Shown here: in pieces, positions 61,664 to 64,000 of the stretch
Position numbering within the stretch: position 1 is the stretch's first letter
Layout of the letters: the number at the start of each line of letters is the position of its first letter
DNA from: Candidatus Bathyarchaeota archaeon
GTDB taxonomy: Archaea; Thermoproteota; Bathyarchaeia; Bathyarchaeales; Bathycorpusculaceae
Reading direction: 5' to 3'
NCBI GenBank assembly: GCA_963768425.1
Contig: CAVYHV010000014.1
Coordinates: forward strand, 305,530-369,529
Length of the DNA: 64,000 nucleotides
Notes under the pieces: generated by a model
Told to the model about the DNA's origin: nothing
The model's database searches: none
Seen by the model: only the letters and a program-made list of their open reading frames with translations
Made by a program: the position numbers and the translations under genes

Positions 61664-61791
61664 TTATTTCTTACCTTTGTTGTGCTTCGCTGGGAGTGAA
61701 ACTTGTTTCCGTTCTTTTCGTTTCTGGTCTTTTTCACGTTGCAGTTTCTTATGTTGCTCAAGACCCTCAGCTTTCTTTTCTCTTTAGACAA
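61664..61791 (-). CDS. Small basic peptide paralog 1 (42 aa after restoring one base in an A-run)
   Basis: MSKEK(K)KAEGLEQHKKLQREKDQKRKERKQVSLPAKHNKGKK*; AGGTTGA upstream. Confidence 0.55.
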
Positions 61792-61937
61792 AATCGTTCA
61801 ACCTTAAAAATCCATTAGAAAAGTGACTCAAAAACTTTGCGATCACCATTCAATCTTTCAAGTTTAAATATGAGGCTAAAAAGCAGTTCCTCAGCTTTTT
61901 GAGGAAGACAATGTGTGTTTTCAGGCAGGTTTACGCG

Positions 61938-62183
61938 TTAACCTCTAGTTTCATAGACGATTATTGAGTCAGTTTTTATCTGCATTACTAGGTCGTGTCC
62001 TTCCACTATTCGTCTTAAACAACCTATGTTTTCTTTCGAAAGAGCTGTTTTAATGTTTATGTGGTACCCATTGTACAATGGATACATGGCTTTCTGCGGA
62101 ATCAACGAAAAAGTGCTTCCATCTAAATTTGGGCATCTGTCAACGATTTCCCTAAGCAAGATAGCGATTTCAGCTAACTTCAT
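61938..62183 (-). CDS. Hypothetical protein (81 aa)
   Basis: ATG-initiated ORF with globular composition, MKLAEIAILLREIVDRCPNLDG... Confidence 0.6.
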   Translation of the reverse strand: MKLAEIAILLREIVDRCPNLDGSTFSLIPQKAMYPLYNGYHINIKTALSKENIGCLRRIVEGHDLVMQIKTDSIIVYETRG

Positions 62184-62299
62184 AAATGGTCCCTACTAAT
62201 TACACAGGCAATTAATAAAAAACTTTCAGTATTGTGCCACGAAAAAAGCATAAGTTCCATCAAACACCGAAATTAATCGTGAATTACGGGTTTTTAGGC

Positions 62300-62428
62300 T
62301 TAACGTTTCTGGCCTTTAGCCGGAAGCTGCGCCCTCATCTGTTTCTTTTTTGCTTCTTTTTCGCGATCCATTTTCTTTCTTTGTTCATTCTGTGTGTTTT
62401 TTGCTTTTCGTTTTGCTACACTAGGCAT
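62300..62428 (-). CDS. Small basic peptide paralog 2 (42 aa)
   Basis: GGTGA RBS + MPSVAKRKAKNTQNEQRKKMDREKEAKKKQMRAQLPAKGQKR*. Confidence 0.65.
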   Translation of the reverse strand: MPSVAKRKAKNTQNEQRKKMDREKEAKKKQMRAQLPAKGQKR

Positions 62429-62674
62429 AAAGTCACCCAATAGTAAATTAAGAACAACATCCAACTTAAAACATTTTTCGCCTTTCCGCCTATCTCACGC
62501 TAACTAATTAAGAGGCCTTTTGATTCGGCAAGGCAAATATCGATCTTGAGCGAGATTTACGAACTTTTTGAAAAAAGGATAAGCAACAAGAGCTTTTTTA
62601 CGGGTAGTTAGAGAAAAAATATAGTCACTGAAGAACTCTCGACCAATTGCAAAACCCCAGAAAATCAAGAGTGC

Positions 62675-63748
62675 CTAAATGAGGGTCTTCTGTTTTTCAG
62701 AAGAAACCAAGCTTGAAACCCTCACACCGATTAACCTAACCTTGCGGTCTTTATGCAGGCAGCCAGACAATAGTTCACGCTCGGTTTTCTGCAGATCATA
62801 AAGGCGATTAGTCAAAAAAGGCAAGGTGTGACTTCTGCTGTGGGTCTCAAAGTTCTTGTAACGAATCCTGAGCGTCACTGTTTTGAAGAGCAAATGTTGA
62901 TCCGTCGTTTCTTTCTGGACAGCAGCACTCAGCTCATCCAAAGCCTGCAGAACCACCGCTGGATCTGCAGTATCTTCTTCAAAAGTGGTTTCGTGACTTA
63001 CACTCTTGACTCCAACCCGTTCTTCAACCTCGCTTCGGTCTATGCCCCTTGCCATCAAATGGAGCTGCCAACCTATAACTCCAAACATCTGCGTTAACGC
63101 CGAAGCATCAAACCGAGCCAAGTCTCCAATCGTTTTCACGCCCAGCGTTTTGAGCTTCTCCTCCGTTTTCCGTCCCACCCACAGCAGCTTTCGAACGGGC
63201 AAAGGCGCCAAAAAGCCCTCAGCTTCCTCACCTCTCACAACAGTTAATCCGTCCGGCTTTCGAAAGTCGCTGGCAACCTTGGATATGAGCTTGTTAGGTC
63301 CGACGCCAATCGAGCAAGTCAAACTCTCTTTGAGGCGAATATCTTCCTTTATCTTCAAGGCTAAAGCTTCAGCCTCAACGAAACCGCTGACTCGGTTGGA
63401 AACGTCTAGAAAAGCCTCATCGATACCCCACTGCTCAAACTTGTCCGCGTAGCTTCTTGCAATAGCCATTATCTCGTTTGAAACTTTTATGTACAATGGG
63501 AAATTCGGCGGCAGATAAACCGCTTCAGGGCAAAGACGCCAAGCCTGCGAAATAGGCATACCAGAACGGACACCAACCTTTCTTGCTTCGTAATTGCTTG
63601 TGCTAACAACCCCTCTGCCCTTGCCGCCCTTGGGATCGGCACCCACAACAACGGGTTTGCCCCGTATTTCCGAGCGCTCCCGTTCCTCAACAGCCGTGTA
63701 AAAATGATCCATATCTAAATGAAAAATTACCCGCTGCTTATCACTCAT
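62675..63748 (-). CDS. dinB: Y-family DNA polymerase IV
   Basis: HLDMDHFYTAVE, STSNYEARKVGVRSGM, GIDEAFLD, SKVASDFRKPDG and VRLIGV motifs. Confidence 0.95.
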   Translation of the reverse strand: MSDKQRVIFHLDMDHFYTAVEERERSEIRGKPVVVGADPKGGKGRGVVSTSNYEARKVGVRSGMPISQAWRLCPEAVYLPPNFPLYIKVSNEIMAIARSYADKFEQWGIDEAFLDVSNRVSGFVEAEALALKIKEDIRLKESLTCSIGVGPNKLISKVASDFRKPDGLTVVRGEEAEGFLAPLPVRKLLWVGRKTEEKLKTLGVKTIGDLARFDASALTQMFGVIGWQLHLMARGIDRSEVEERVGVKSVSHETTFEEDTADPAVVLQALDELSAAVQKETTDQHLLFKTVTLRIRYKNFETHSRSHTLPFLTNRLYDLQKTERELLSGCLHKDRKVRLIGVRVSSLVSSEKQKTLI

Positions 63749-63904
63749 ACATACCAAAGAAGCTGTGTGCACACTGGAAATTTGAATCTATCGAAAACAA
63801 AAAACAACAAGGTTCGCCACGCATAGACCAAACGAGAAGACAACGCAAATCACGCCGACAAGTGCCTCACCAAATATCGCTCAAACACCATCTAAGAGGG
63901 CACG

Positions 63905-64000
63905 ACATCTCAGGCGATTGGTGGCCGCAGGCTGAGCTAGTCGACCGAAGTCTTCTAGCTTACACCCCGGCTCCATCAAACCCATCTTCTATGGGAGCCT
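63905..64000 (-). rRNA. 23S rRNA, 3' terminal part (continues beyond window; exact 3' end uncertain)
   Basis: Reverse complement AGGCTCCCATAGAAGATGGGTTTGATGGAGCCGGGGTGTAAGC...CAGCCTGCGGCCACCAATCGCCTGAG resembles archaeal 23S domain VI. Confidence 0.85.

Noticed and set aside
62234-62443. Phe-rich plus-strand ORF (also 39738-39941, 810-1247 and many other antisense ORFs in the track)
   Set aside because: These are shadow ORFs opposite better-supported genes.

Overview
Archaeal chromosomal window, most likely Bathyarchaeia/TACK (inferred from Rpp21, aCPSF1-psmB, archaeal SepF and an archaeal 23S 3' end; the phylum call is tentative). Many genes, including essential ones, are broken by 1-bp indels, which points to an unpolished long-read assembly. 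Layout: (1) 1-14.3 kb, a TCA/respiration island with citrate synthase, anchor-less SdhAB, FMN alpha-hydroxyacid dehydrogenase plus rubredoxin, ComA-like, PrpD, SucCD, a cytochrome b5-Tat-Rieske fusion, cytochrome b, a membrane blue-copper protein, a quinone methyltransferase and MenA. (2) 14.6-41.9 kb, YhbY/Rpp21 followed by a large surface-glycan locus (rfbABCD, flippase, ugd, galU, uxs, Fnl-like genes, two radical SAM enzymes, GTs, GT-C-like membrane proteins). (3) 42.3-45.3 kb, a hybrid REC-PAS histidine kinase. (4) 45.4-45.74 kb, two inverted, helically phased 10-bp repeat arrays in a convergent intergenic gap. (5) 45.8-50.4 kb, an MBL hydrolase and a complete NHEJ operon (Pol, Ku, LIG-PE, DUF72). 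(6) 50.7-64 kb, housekeeping genes (SSB, DEAD helicase, YHS, aquaporin, DUF1015, aminotransferase, SepF, aCPSF1, psmB, dinB, 23S rRNA 3' end), a duplicated 77-bp non-coding module and two paralogous 42-aa basic peptides. The most unexplained signals are the phased GAC[T/G] arrays, the 77-bp module and the b5-Rieske/cytochrome b respiratory unit.
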